A stretch of 64,000 nucleotides of DNA, taken from positions 2,132,571 to 2,196,570 of the forward strand of contig CP166621.1 of assembly GCA_041937185.1 (NCBI GenBank). The letters are read 5' to 3'. Below the pieces are notes generated by a model. That model was not told the DNA's origin and ran no database searches. It saw only the letters and a list, made by a program, of their open reading frames with translations. Source of the stretch: Leptolyngbya sp. BL-A-14. GTDB taxonomy: Bacteria; Cyanobacteriota; Cyanobacteriia; Leptolyngbyales; Leptolyngbyaceae. Below are positions 29,320 to 39,102 of this stretch, piece after piece. The position numbers and the translations under genes are program-made. The stretch's first letter is position 1. Every line of letters starts with the position of its first letter.

Positions 29320-30201
29320 ATGATTGATGCGTCCGTCTTTGAGTTTGACACTCTGACTGTTGATCCGTATGGGCAAATCTACGAGAAACGCCGTCAAACG
29401 GCTCCTTGCCGAACAGAAGCACTCAGCGATGACACGACGTTAGAGTTGGTTGCCATTCCTGGTGGCACCTTTATGATGGGAGCGCCAGCTTCTGAGGAAG
29501 GCTGGCATCCGAGCCAGAGTCCCCAGCATGCGGTGACGATCGCGCCGTTCTGGATGGGCAAGTATCCGGTCACGCAGGCGCAATGGAGTGCGGTAGCAAC
29601 TCTCCCCAAAGTGAGGTATCCTCTATCAGCCAAAATCTCTTGCTTTTCCGGCGGAAACCGTCCGGTGGAGCAAGTTTCCTGGCAGGACGCGATCGAGTTT
29701 TGCGATCGGCTCTCTGCCCATACAAGCCACTCCTACCGTCTACCGAGTGAAGCAGAATGGGAATATGCCTGCCGAGCCATGACGACCACGCCCTTTTGGT
29801 TTGGCGAAACGATTACAACAGAGCTAGCCAACTATTCTGGCGTCGATTGGGAGTACGAAGGCCGGGTATGCAGCAAAGGCTCCTATGGCAAAGGGCCAAC
29901 CGGGAACGATCGCCGCGAAACCACCGACGTCGGCAGCTTTGCGATCGCCAACGCTTTTGGGCTCTATGACATGCACGGCCTGGTACGTGAATGGTGCGTC
30001 GATCGCTGGCACGACAGTTATAACGGTGCTCCAGACGATGGCTCTGCCTGGGTCGAGAACAGCAGCACCGACCAACGGGTCTTGCGCGGCGGCTCCTGGA
30101 ACGGTGGCCCCAAAACCTGTCGCTCGGCCTCTCGCAGTAAGCTCAACCCGGATACCCATTTGTATGACATCGGTTTTCGAGTGGTGGGCGACCGTCTGTA
30201 G
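29320..30201 (+). CDS. Formylglycine-generating-enzyme (SUMF1/FGE-sulfatase) domain protein
   Basis: 293 aa. The hallmark RVLRGGSWNGGPKTCRSASR plus LPSEAEWEYACR and GLYDMHGLVREW motifs are present. Confidence 0.8.
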   Translation: MIDASVFEFDTLTVDPYGQIYEKRRQTAPCRTEALSDDTTLELVAIPGGTFMMGAPASEEGWHPSQSPQHAVTIAPFWMGKYPVTQAQWSAVATLPKVRYPLSAKISCFSGGNRPVEQVSWQDAIEFCDRLSAHTSHSYRLPSEAEWEYACRAMTTTPFWFGETITTELANYSGVDWEYEGRVCSKGSYGKGPTGNDRRETTDVGSFAIANAFGLYDMHGLVREWCVDRWHDSYNGAPDDGSAWVENSSTDQRVLRGGSWNGGPKTCRSASRSKLNPDTHLYDIGFRVVGDRL

Positions 30202-30268
30202 GGACGTTACCTGTAACATCCGTGCGATCGTGGGAAAATGAAACCGTTCTGCATTGTGACTTGCCTTC

Positions 30269-31198
30269 GTGATTTCTACTGCTAGTGTTACGGTTCCAGC
30301 AACCACAGCTAACTTGGGGCCGGGTTTTGATTGTTTGGGAGCAGCGCTAACGCTCTCAAATCAGTTTCGCTTTGCGTTGTTGCCTCCTGGGTCAGAAAAA
30401 GTCGTGATTACGGCGATCGGGGATGAAGCGGCGCACGTCTCAACGGATGCCAGCAACTTGGTCTATCAAGCCTTCGTCAAGGTGTATGAACAGCTTGAGC
30501 AAGTACCGCCCCCTGTCAGCATTGAAATCCAGCTAGGTGTACCACTATCGCGTGGATTAGGCAGTTCAGCAACCGCGATCGTCGGTGGTTTGGTGGGTGC
30601 GAATGCGCTGGCAGGATCACCGCTCACCGTCGAGACCTTGATGGAACTGGCCATTGGGATTGAAGGACACCCGGATAACGTCGTGCCAGCCCTGGTGGGG
30701 GGATGCTGTCTATCGGCTACAGGGATCGATCGTGATTGGGAGCTTTGCGAAATTCCCTGGCATAGCAACGTGATCCCGATCGTGGCGATTCCTGCTTTCG
30801 AGCTTTCCACAAAACTTGCCCGACAAGTGCTACCGACGACGTACAGTCGTGCCGATGCCATTTTCAACGTGGCGCATTTAGGCTTGTTACTTCGTGGTTT
30901 AGAAGCAGGAAATGGCGACTGGTTAAAAGCAGCAATGCATGATCGCATCCATCAACCGTATCGACAGGCTCTAATTCCGGGCTATGAAACGGTGCAAGCG
31001 GCTGCAATTGAGGCAGGTGCCTATGGTCTGGTCATTAGTGGTGCAGGGCCAACCTTACTGGCTCTGGCAGATCCCCAAACAGCAGAAGCGGTGAAAGACG
31101 CGATCGCGACAGCTTGGGCACAGCAGAATTTTGCGGTACAGGTGCATCGGCTCCAAATTGACCAAAAAGGCGCGATTGCACAAACGACGGTGAATTGA
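30269..31198 (+). CDS. thrB: Homoserine kinase
   Basis: 309 aa with a GHMP kinase motif ([17 protein letters not shown]). The N-terminus [19 protein letters not shown] is typical of ThrB. Confidence 0.85.
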   Translation: MISTASVTVPATTANLGPGFDCLGAALTLSNQFRFALLPPGSEKVVITAIGDEAAHVSTDASNLVYQAFVKVYEQLEQVPPPVSIEIQLGVPLSRGLGSSATAIVGGLVGANALAGSPLTVETLMELAIGIEGHPDNVVPALVGGCCLSATGIDRDWELCEIPWHSNVIPIVAIPAFELSTKLARQVLPTTYSRADAIFNVAHLGLLLRGLEAGNGDWLKAAMHDRIHQPYRQALIPGYETVQAAAIEAGAYGLVISGAGPTLLALADPQTAEAVKDAIATAWAQQNFAVQVHRLQIDQKGAIAQTTVN

Positions 31199-31265
31199 GC
31201 CAGGCCAGCAACAGTCATCATCTGTGTACGTTACAACGTAGGAACTTCAGCTTGATATCGACCCA

Positions 31266-32207
31266 TTGTTGCGATCGCTCATCATGAAACGCCTTCTAAG
31301 AAAATTGCCTTCGAAGAAACGTGAACGCCGTATTCCACACGTTCACATCAAAGTTCGGGATGGGCGCTTTCAGGTAGACGGTGCGGGTGCCTGGTATTCC
31401 TACTGGCGTGACCCCTATCATCTGCTGCTGACGCTCCCCTGGAGCGGGTTTCTAGCGTTCATCGTGCTTTCGTATTTTCTCATCAATTCGTTCTTTGCGC
31501 TGCTGTATCTAGCAGGTGGCGATTGCATTGCAAATGCCCGTTCAGGCTCATTTTGGGATGCTTTTTTCTTCAGTGTGGAAACGATCGCATCCATTGGCTA
31601 CGGGTTCATGTACCCCAAAAATGATTATGCCAATTCGATCGCCACGATCGAAGCAATGGTCAGTCTGGTTGGCATTGCAGTACTGACCGGGCTGGCCTTT
31701 GCCCGCTTCTCTCGGCCCACGGCGCGTGTGCTGTTTAGCCGTGTGGCAGTCATTGCACCCAACGATGGCGTGCCTGCACTCTTTTTTCGCACCGCAAATC
31801 AACGCCGTAACCAGATACTGGAGGCCCAGTTGCGCGTTTACCTCATGCGTGATGAGATTCGGACGGATGGGCAGTTCATTCGTCGCATCCATGACCTTCG
31901 CCTGCTACGCGACCAATCACCGGGTTTTATGTTGAGCTGGCTGGCAACCCATATCATTGACGAAACCAGTCCGCTTTACGGCATGACAGCAGAAGCGCTG
32001 GTGCAAACACAAGCGACGATCGTCGTGTCGCTCAGTGGCATTGACGAAACGGTGTCCCAAGTTGTCCACGCACGTCACACCTACGCCGCTACTGACATTT
32101 TATGGAATAACCAGTTTGTCGATATTATTCGTCACACAAACGATGGCAATCGCTATATCGACTACAACTATTTTCACGATGTTTCACCACTTGACCCAGA
32201 TGCCTAA
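31266..32207 (+). CDS. Inward-rectifier (KirBac-type) potassium channel
   Basis: 313 aa. Two transmembrane helices flank a pore with the selectivity filter TIASIGYGFMYP (GYG). A C-terminal cytoplasmic Ig-like domain is present. Confidence 0.75.
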   Translation: MLRSLIMKRLLRKLPSKKRERRIPHVHIKVRDGRFQVDGAGAWYSYWRDPYHLLLTLPWSGFLAFIVLSYFLINSFFALLYLAGGDCIANARSGSFWDAFFFSVETIASIGYGFMYPKNDYANSIATIEAMVSLVGIAVLTGLAFARFSRPTARVLFSRVAVIAPNDGVPALFFRTANQRRNQILEAQLRVYLMRDEIRTDGQFIRRIHDLRLLRDQSPGFMLSWLATHIIDETSPLYGMTAEALVQTQATIVVSLSGIDETVSQVVHARHTYAATDILWNNQFVDIIRHTNDGNRYIDYNYFHDVSPLDPDA

Positions 32208-32617
32208 CTCACTGATGATCTGCGGCCTGACAGTCCTCTGTGGAGTCTACGTCGCCTGTCGGCAGAATGTCTTTAACCACAACCCGACCATGCTCTACAA
32301 CGGTGCATTGTTTCGGTACAGGGGGTTCACCCGCGATCGTTCCTCGACTCTTTGAGGCGTTAGCGTCGGCAACGCTGTCGCACTTAGCCTGATCGCAGTG
32401 TTCGTGGTGCTGAATCGTTTGCTGCTGCTGGTTAAGCACCACGGCAGAACAAGCAGACGCAGAAACTGTCATATAAACCTCTCTCAATGCTTCTATTATT
32501 CCGTATTTCTTGGATTTTCTCTTCATCCAAATTAGGGATACAACGTAAGAGGTTTCCGTACTTGTCTTTCTAAAACGAGCGCGATCGTCCCACCCCAACC
32601 TTGCGAGGATACAACGG

Positions 32618-33841
32618 ATGGCAATTATCACAGGCTTGTCAGGCAACGAGATCTTTTGTCTCCAGCGTCAAGGGCTCACACCGGGTGATCTCGTCATCGG
32701 CAATAGCGTGATTTCGCTAGGACTGATTGGCAGCATCAGTTCAGGGCTCAAAACCCTGTTTGGGGGCGAAGTCCATCAGATCACACGCATCATTCATGAA
32801 GGACGGCAACGAGCCTATGCGCGCATGGTCGCCGAAGCAAAACGACACGGTGGCGTGGGCATTACAGGCGTTTCTAATGAACTGGTGCTGCACGGTACAA
32901 ATGTAGAATTTTTGGCGATCGGCTCTTGTCTCCATCGCGCCGAAGCCAAAGCCGAACAGCTTGAATTCTCTACGGCAGCAGATGGGCAGGCGCTTTACTG
33001 CCAAATGGATGCAGGCTTTGAACCCAAACGCTTTGTGTTTGGCAACGTTGCCTATTCGATCGGTCTGGGCGGCGGCTTAATCGGTGTGTTGAAAAGCCTT
33101 CAGCGCGGTGAGATCAAAGAGTTTTCACAAATCTTCAACGAAACACGACATCTGGCGCTCAAACGTATCAAAACCGAAGCACGAGAGGCCGGAGCCAATG
33201 CAGTAGTCGGCATTACAACCTCGATTTTGCCCTTCGCAGGCATGCAAGAAATGGTGATGATTGGCACAGCCTCGAAACATCCAGGCTTACCGATCGGCTT
33301 CAACCAAAACCCCATCACCAGCGATTTGACCAACGATGAAATGTGGGGACTGATCAACCAGGGCTATATGCCAATCCAACTGGTTCTAGGCGTTTCAGTC
33401 TATTCCCTTGGCTTAGTCGGTGGCATTACCTCCTTCTTCAAATCGTTCGTACGCGGCGAGATTCAGGAAGTCACGACGCTAATTTACGAAGCGCGTGAAG
33501 AAGCCCTTGCCCACATTGCCGAAGAAGCCCGTCGCTATAATGCCGATCAGGTCGTTGGCATCAAAACCTACGTCTATAACCTGGGCGGCGGCATTATTGA
33601 ATTTATGGCGATCGGCACCGCCGTCAAAAAAATGCCCGGAATCGGTACCCAGTCCGAAACTCTACCACCACAAGCCATCATTCGGGATCAAGATACCTTC
33701 ATCAACACAGCTGAAGCCACCAACGTTTCGTCGCTCAATCAACCCACCAACGCAAAGAACGCCGTCACAGCTTTTGTTGGGTTTGGGGTCTTTGGCCTCT
33801 GGCTTGTCTTTATCTTCCTCCGCATTCTCCTTCATCATTAA
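32618..33841 (+). CDS. Tandem YbjQ/DUF74 (heavy-metal-binding-like) domain protein with a C-terminal transmembrane anchor
   Basis: 407 aa with three internally repeated ~100-aa blocks (GLSGNEIFCLQRQG.../...GANAVVGITTS.../...YNADQVVGIKTYVY) and a C-terminal hydrophobic helix FVGFGVFGLWLVFIFL. Confidence 0.55.
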   Translation: MAIITGLSGNEIFCLQRQGLTPGDLVIGNSVISLGLIGSISSGLKTLFGGEVHQITRIIHEGRQRAYARMVAEAKRHGGVGITGVSNELVLHGTNVEFLAIGSCLHRAEAKAEQLEFSTAADGQALYCQMDAGFEPKRFVFGNVAYSIGLGGGLIGVLKSLQRGEIKEFSQIFNETRHLALKRIKTEAREAGANAVVGITTSILPFAGMQEMVMIGTASKHPGLPIGFNQNPITSDLTNDEMWGLINQGYMPIQLVLGVSVYSLGLVGGITSFFKSFVRGEIQEVTTLIYEAREEALAHIAEEARRYNADQVVGIKTYVYNLGGGIIEFMAIGTAVKKMPGIGTQSETLPPQAIIRDQDTFINTAEATNVSSLNQPTNAKNAVTAFVGFGVFGLWLVFIFLRILLHH

Positions 33842-33952
33842 AGAGATTAAGCGGATTGAGGGGTGCTGAGGATTACTCTGACATCTAGCTTTTACGGGTG
33901 AACTGGGGCAATTAGAATCAAGGTGTAAACCTGGCTTGCTGGAGCATTTTAG

Positions 33953-34168
33953 ATGGTTTCATCAGAATTAATCTCGACATTGCGAGAACTGAGCCGCTCA
34001 GACAAGCTCTACATCATGCAGATGTTGATTTCAGAGCTAGCCCAACAAGAAACAGATCTCATTAAACCTGGTCAGTCTTACCCAGTGTGGTCGCCCTATG
34101 ATGCGACCGAAGCAGCAGAGACGATGTTAACCGTGCTACGAGCTGCTCAAGCTCAAGACCATGCGTAG
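33953..34168 (+). CDS. Small helical hypothetical protein that overlaps the downstream protease gene
   Basis: 71 aa. An 8-nt overlap (ATGCGTAG) with the next ORF indicates translational coupling. Confidence 0.4.
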   Translation: MVSSELISTLRELSRSDKLYIMQMLISELAQQETDLIKPGQSYPVWSPYDATEAAETMLTVLRAAQAQDHA

Positions 34169-34652
34169 CGTCGAGCGTTACCCATTTATTTCTAGTGATA
34201 CGGCATTAGGTGAAGCCAGTTTTCGTCCGTATCTGCCGCTTACCCTGGTTAACCAAGAGCGTTCTATCACGACATCCGCTCTGTTGGATACTGGCGCGAC
34301 TGTAAACGTACTGCCCTATTTGACAGGTGTTGAGCTTGGGTATAGCTGGGAGCAGCAAACAACGATACTAACTTTGACAGGGAACTTGGCTCAGTACGAG
34401 GCGCGCGTTGTGCTTGCTCAAGCGATCGTTGGGCAATTCGAGCCTGTGCAACTGGTCTTTGCCTGGACACAAGCTACTACCGTGCCGCTTCTCTTGGGAC
34501 AGGTCAACTTCTTTATGGAGTTTGATGTTTGTTTCTACCGCTCACAGCTTGAGTTTGCAGTTAGCCCAAAAAAGGTTCTAATTCGGCATAGCTTAGTTAC
34601 AACCAATTGCTTACTGCTGTGTGGCAGCGGACTAGTGAAAAGCATTTGTTGA
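34161..34652 (+). CDS. Retropepsin-like (clan AA, DTGA-type) aspartic protease
   Basis: 163 aa. The active-site motif ALLDTGATVNVLP (D-T-G-A) is embedded in a hydrophobic-hydrophobic-D-T-G context. Confidence 0.6.
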   Translation: MRSVERYPFISSDTALGEASFRPYLPLTLVNQERSITTSALLDTGATVNVLPYLTGVELGYSWEQQTTILTLTGNLAQYEARVVLAQAIVGQFEPVQLVFAWTQATTVPLLLGQVNFFMEFDVCFYRSQLEFAVSPKKVLIRHSLVTTNCLLLCGSGLVKSIC

Positions 34653-34700
34653 AGCCGGGGAGAATTGATCCCGCTACACTTCAACGTTCCTTCACGGTGC

Positions 34701-35402
34701 TTAAGGCGTAGATGCTGGTTTAATATGCGTCTGAAAGAAATTTAGCACTCGTTGCCAGGAGTCGGTAGCCGCATCAGCATCGTAGGCACCACTACGATCG
34801 TTGAAGAAGGAATGCTTGGCTCCCTCATAGATCTTGATATCGTGAGCCACGTCGTACTGCGTCAGAGCGGCTTCTAACTTGCGTCCCGATTTTGCCGTGA
34901 AATCTCGACTGGGATAAGACCCGACAACGGGGCAAGAGCGGGCGACGGCTTCCAATGGTCGTGGATTCGCACCATAGTAAGGCGCAATCACCTTGAGGCG
35001 TTCATCGGTACAGGCCCATGCAACTGCAAAGCCACCACCGAGACAAAACCCGATCGCGCCCAGCTTTTCTGCATCGACTTCCGGTTGCTCAGCTAAAAAC
35101 GTGAGCGCCGCTTTCAAGTCATGAATGCCGCCGTGATCAAACGCATTAGTAAACATATCCACCAGAAAGCGCACCATGCAAACCACGCGATTCCGTCCCG
35201 TGAACAAATCGACTGCTAAGGCCGCATAGCCTGCATCCGCAAAGCGTTGCGTGATGTCCTTAATATTCTCGGTCAGTCCAAAGACTTCGTGGATCACCAC
35301 CACACCTGGAAATGGCCCCAAACCTTCAGGACAGGCATAGTAAGCATTGAGCCTTTCATCACCGGATGGAAAGGTTAGCGATCGCGGAGGAGACATAGGC
35401 AA
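34701..35402 (-). CDS. Dienelactone hydrolase family protein
   Basis: 233 aa with a nucleophile elbow GFCLGG and an alpha/beta hydrolase fold (VVVIHEVFGL...). Confidence 0.75.
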   Translation of the reverse strand: MPMSPPRSLTFPSGDERLNAYYACPEGLGPFPGVVVIHEVFGLTENIKDITQRFADAGYAALAVDLFTGRNRVVCMVRFLVDMFTNAFDHGGIHDLKAALTFLAEQPEVDAEKLGAIGFCLGGGFAVAWACTDERLKVIAPYYGANPRPLEAVARSCPVVGSYPSRDFTAKSGRKLEAALTQYDVAHDIKIYEGAKHSFFNDRSGAYDADAATDSWQRVLNFFQTHIKPASTP

Positions 35403-35588
35403 AGCACTCTGTTTAATCGCATTGAGTCTAACAGGTTGCCATCGAGATGGATGTATCGATCACTTCCTGAGTCATTCATCAAAACTCCCATCATCTTTTT
35501 GGGCAGCGGGCTGTGTACTATTGTTAAAAGGCGATCGGGTGAGAAGACGATCACCGACAGACTTTTCGTTGCAGTAGGTATGTAAAGC

Positions 35589-37805
35589 ATGACCGCAGTT
35601 ACTCCCAATCCCCAGTCCGTGAGCGCTCCAGCATTTTGTGAAGGCATCCAGTATTTCAGTGATTCAGTCTCAGGGTTTGATGTCTATGGCAAGGCTCCGG
35701 TCATTGGAGAAGGACAAACCGCGATCGCGGATCTCGCTGACCCCGCTGCTGCGTACCAAACGCTTCTGTATGCTGACGCATTGCGCTACCTGATTCTCCA
35801 AGTCACGGCGAGCAAAGCATCGGGACATCCGGGTGGCTTTGCGAGTCAGGCAGAAGCCTATGCGGCTCTGGTCATGCTGGGCTACAAAAATATCATTACA
35901 GAAGTAGGGCACCACGCCCCCGGTTTCTACAGCGCCATGTTTTTGGATCGATCGCTGGAAGACATGGGCATTACCACAGTGCAGCAGTTGCGCGATCGCT
36001 TTCGTGAACAGCATGGCTTACTGGGACATCTTTCTGGCTTCATCCCCGGCATTCTTGCACCAGCAGGGCCACTAGGTCAGGGGCAGCACTTCGCCATGGC
36101 AGCCGCACTTCTGCACCGTGACAAACTCTTTCCGTTTACGGTTGGCGATGGTGGCTTAGGTGAGCCTTATATTGTGAGCGCGATCGCCCACTTCCACACG
36201 GCCTATCCCCATGCAACCAACTTCCTTCCTGTGCTGGTCTGGAACGGTTACTCGCAGGAACACCACAGCATGGTGTCGCTCAAAACGAATGCAGAAATGG
36301 AGGCCTACTGGCGCGGCAACGGGTTTGAACAGGTCGTGCTGATTGATGCCAAAGACTTTGATGATCAAAATCAGCCTGGAGCCTACGTCGATAGCACCGC
36401 CTTCTCCTTTGAACAGCGTCTTGCCTTTGGTCAAGCCGTACTGGCCAAAACCGACGAAGCGGCTCGATCGGCGCTCGGAGGTAAGCTGACTGTCCTTATC
36501 ATCAAGCAGCTTAAAGGGGCTGGCGTTCATGCCCGTGGGTCAAAATCCCATAACCTTTATGCCCAGCACACGTTAGAGAACCCTGATATTATTGCGGCCC
36601 TTCATGCCCGTGCATTGACGCCTGCAGCCTGGTCGCTTGTGCGAACGAACTGCGAACGCGCAGGCGGTGGCCCTGCCAGTAAAATAGCAGTCACGGAGTC
36701 TGTTCTCCCCCTGCCTGATTTAGGCCAATTGCCATTAGAAGAATACGCCGTTGGAGGCGATCCGAAGGTGTCTACAACCGCTATGGGTAAGCTGGTTGCG
36801 GCTGTGGGGCAAGCGGATTCTGCTTTCGTCGTGACCAACGCAGACGGTAATGAAGCCTCTGGTATCGCCAACATCAACCAGGCACTCAAAATTATTCACC
36901 CGACTGAAGATCCGCTGTACTTCCAGAAGCCGATCGGTCAGGTTTACGAACCCTTGAGCGAAGACGCTTGTGCCGGACTAGCCGCTGGTTTGGCGCTGAT
37001 GGGGTCGCGATCGCTCTGGTGTTCCTACGAATCGTTTGCCATTAACGGCTTACCGATTTGGCAAACCGTGACACAAGCCATGGCAGAACTCCGTCGCCCG
37101 GCTCCTGCCACCGTAACCCTCTTTACTGCAGGTGCGCTAGAGCAGGGACGCAATGGCTGGACACACCAACGTCCTGAAATCGAAGCCTATTTTGCCGCTA
37201 TGATGCGCAACGGCAATGTCTTTCCGCTGTTTCCCCCCGATGCCAACAGCATCCAGGTGTGCTACGACTGGGCACTGACGCAGAAAAACAAGGGCGTTGT
37301 CATTACCGCCAGCAAATCGCCCTTACCCGTTCGGACGACGTTTGAGCAGACAAAGCAAGCGATCGCCAAGGGAGCCATTACCCTTCACGAAGCGAGCGGT
37401 AGCAAAACCGTCGTCTTTGCGGTGATTGGTGACATGACCCTACTGCCAGTGTTTGAAGCCGCAAAACATTTAACGGCAGAAGGCATTGGCGTGCGCATTG
37501 TTTCTGTCATCAATCCCCGTCGCTTGTACCGTGCTTCAGATGTTGCCTGGGAGATCTGCTCAGAACCTGATGGCACATTCCTAAGCGACGCTGAGTTTGA
37601 ACAACTCTTTGGAGGCGATGCACTGATTGGCGTGACAGGTGGCGCAAGTGGGATGCTGGAACCAATCATGCTACGCAGCACTGCCAAACGAGACACCTTT
37701 GCCTGGAAGCGAGGTGAAACAACGGCCAGCGCTGGAGAATTGATGGCAGTCAACGGTATTACCGCAGCAACCCTTGCAGAACGTGCGACCGCGTTGATCC
37801 GTTAA
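35589..37805 (+). CDS. Transketolase-family thiamine-diphosphate enzyme (divergent, 738 aa)
   Basis: N-terminal TPP motif ASGHPGGFASQAEAYAALV and GH-hydrophobic region (VGHHAPGFYSAMFL), then GDGGLGEP (TPP GDG motif). Longer than a canonical transketolase. The exact family is not resolved. Confidence 0.5.
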   Translation: MTAVTPNPQSVSAPAFCEGIQYFSDSVSGFDVYGKAPVIGEGQTAIADLADPAAAYQTLLYADALRYLILQVTASKASGHPGGFASQAEAYAALVMLGYKNIITEVGHHAPGFYSAMFLDRSLEDMGITTVQQLRDRFREQHGLLGHLSGFIPGILAPAGPLGQGQHFAMAAALLHRDKLFPFTVGDGGLGEPYIVSAIAHFHTAYPHATNFLPVLVWNGYSQEHHSMVSLKTNAEMEAYWRGNGFEQVVLIDAKDFDDQNQPGAYVDSTAFSFEQRLAFGQAVLAKTDEAARSALGGKLTVLIIKQLKGAGVHARGSKSHNLYAQHTLENPDIIAALHARALTPAAWSLVRTNCERAGGGPASKIAVTESVLPLPDLGQLPLEEYAVGGDPKVSTTAMGKLVAAVGQADSAFVVTNADGNEASGIANINQALKIIHPTEDPLYFQKPIGQVYEPLSEDACAGLAAGLALMGSRSLWCSYESFAINGLPIWQTVTQAMAELRRPAPATVTLFTAGALEQGRNGWTHQRPEIEAYFAAMMRNGNVFPLFPPDANSIQVCYDWALTQKNKGVVITASKSPLPVRTTFEQTKQAIAKGAITLHEASGSKTVVFAVIGDMTLLPVFEAAKHLTAEGIGVRIVSVINPRRLYRASDVAWEICSEPDGTFLSDAEFEQLFGGDALIGVTGGASGMLEPIMLRSTAKRDTFAWKRGETTASAGELMAVNGITAATLAERATALIR

Positions 37806-38259
37806 GGAACAAGGATTCAATAAGCGGTTATTCGGGGTTAGGGGCTGGCAATGCCAAGCCCCTGCAACAGAGAAATCATTCAAGTTATTTGACTTGCAGT
37901 CCTAAGGGACACCTGGCAGCAAGCCATCAGTGTCCCAGGCATGTGCCAAATAATGTCTTTCCCAGTCGATTTTTTTGGGAATATTACCTTAAATCTAGCG
38001 ATCGCACGCTATAAAGTACGCTTGCGTAGCATTTTGGTCATTCAAGCGCTTAAGCTATGGTAATGTTCATAGGGTTTGCATTGGATATGAGCCATTGAAC
38101 AATGGTTTATCCCTTTGGAGGGATTAATCTTTAACCCCTGTTAGCTCTATAAAGGATAGGGCTATCGATGATCGGGGGCATTCCTCCAGAGGCATTACCC
38201 TTTTATCGATCGCTCAGAAACAGTTAATCAGCACTAATTTATTGAGGAGACCCCCTGTT

Positions 38260-38658
38260 ATGTTGAAACGATTCGCGATTGCCGCTACGGTTGCGCTTTC
38301 GATGGGTTATGCAGCGGCTGCATCGGCAGCGCCTCTGGCAGTTACCAATTCCCCCGACAGCGAAACGATTGTAGGTGGTCGCTCGGTTGATTTGCCCACC
38401 CCACCCACTACGCCCATCTATTTCACGTTGCCCATCGAGTTATCGATCGTGAAAGACCCTGCGATTACCACCAACACCCCGATTACGGACAGCTTGACCA
38501 GTAACTATGCGGCTTGGGGTGAGAAGATCAGAGCTTGCGCACTTCAGAAGCCAATCTTCGTGAGAAAAGTTGGAGATGCTCAAGAGCCTTTCGTGGTTGG
38601 TGGGTCAGAAGGAACGATCAAGCTCAACGCGAATGACAAGCCTGTTTGCAGCGTTTAA
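38260..38658 (+). CDS. Small secreted hypothetical protein
   Basis: 132 aa from the ATG at 38259-38261. A GAGGAGA Shine-Dalgarno lies 9 nt upstream. Signal peptide MLKRFAIAATVALSMGYAAAASAAPLA. The ORF-track start at 38242 is a TTG inside the Shine-Dalgarno. Confidence 0.5.
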   Translation: MLKRFAIAATVALSMGYAAAASAAPLAVTNSPDSETIVGGRSVDLPTPPTTPIYFTLPIELSIVKDPAITTNTPITDSLTSNYAAWGEKIRACALQKPIFVRKVGDAQEPFVVGGSEGTIKLNANDKPVCSV

Positions 38659-39102
38659 GTTTCAACTCTTTAAACAACTCTAAATAAACAGCAGGCGTAG
38701 TAAAGGCGCAATTGGAGCTACTGTATCTGATTGTTTTTGCTACGCCTTTGCTTAAGGGGTTCTTGCTTCCGGCAAGCAGGCTTAAAAGATGGAAAGCCAA
38801 ATGCCTTAGTATTGGTGAGTCAACAGGTTTGTCTCCATGGCTCAAGCTTTGACGCATCTCAGGTGTAGCACCTCATCCCGTCATTTGCACGGCTTTACTC
38901 TAATCAACATAAATTTACGTACCACGTATATTTTTTGAATAAAATCTTCATTTTTCGGTGAAGATTCCTTCTTTGCATTGAGTGTTAACCGAGTGGCGCG
39001 TTATAACGCTTAGAGTTAGAGCACAGCATTTGGTAAAGATCTAGTAAGGTTCTCGTAAAGCATTCTTAAGTCTTGTCTGCGAGAGACGTGCTATGAGGAA
39101 TT

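Noticed and set aside
32209-32646. 145-aa minus-strand ORF between the Kir channel and the YbjQ protein
   Set aside because: It has no recognisable domain and overlaps the start of the YbjQ gene on the other strand. It is probably a spurious reading of the 410-bp intergenic region.
37838-37936. Two imperfect hairpins after the transketolase-like gene (GGGGCTGGCAATGCCAAGCCCC; GGGACAC-17nt-GTGTCCC)
   Set aside because: They are plausible terminators, but no U-tract follows, the stems are short or mismatched, and they are not repeated elsewhere in the window. Not confident enough to annotate.
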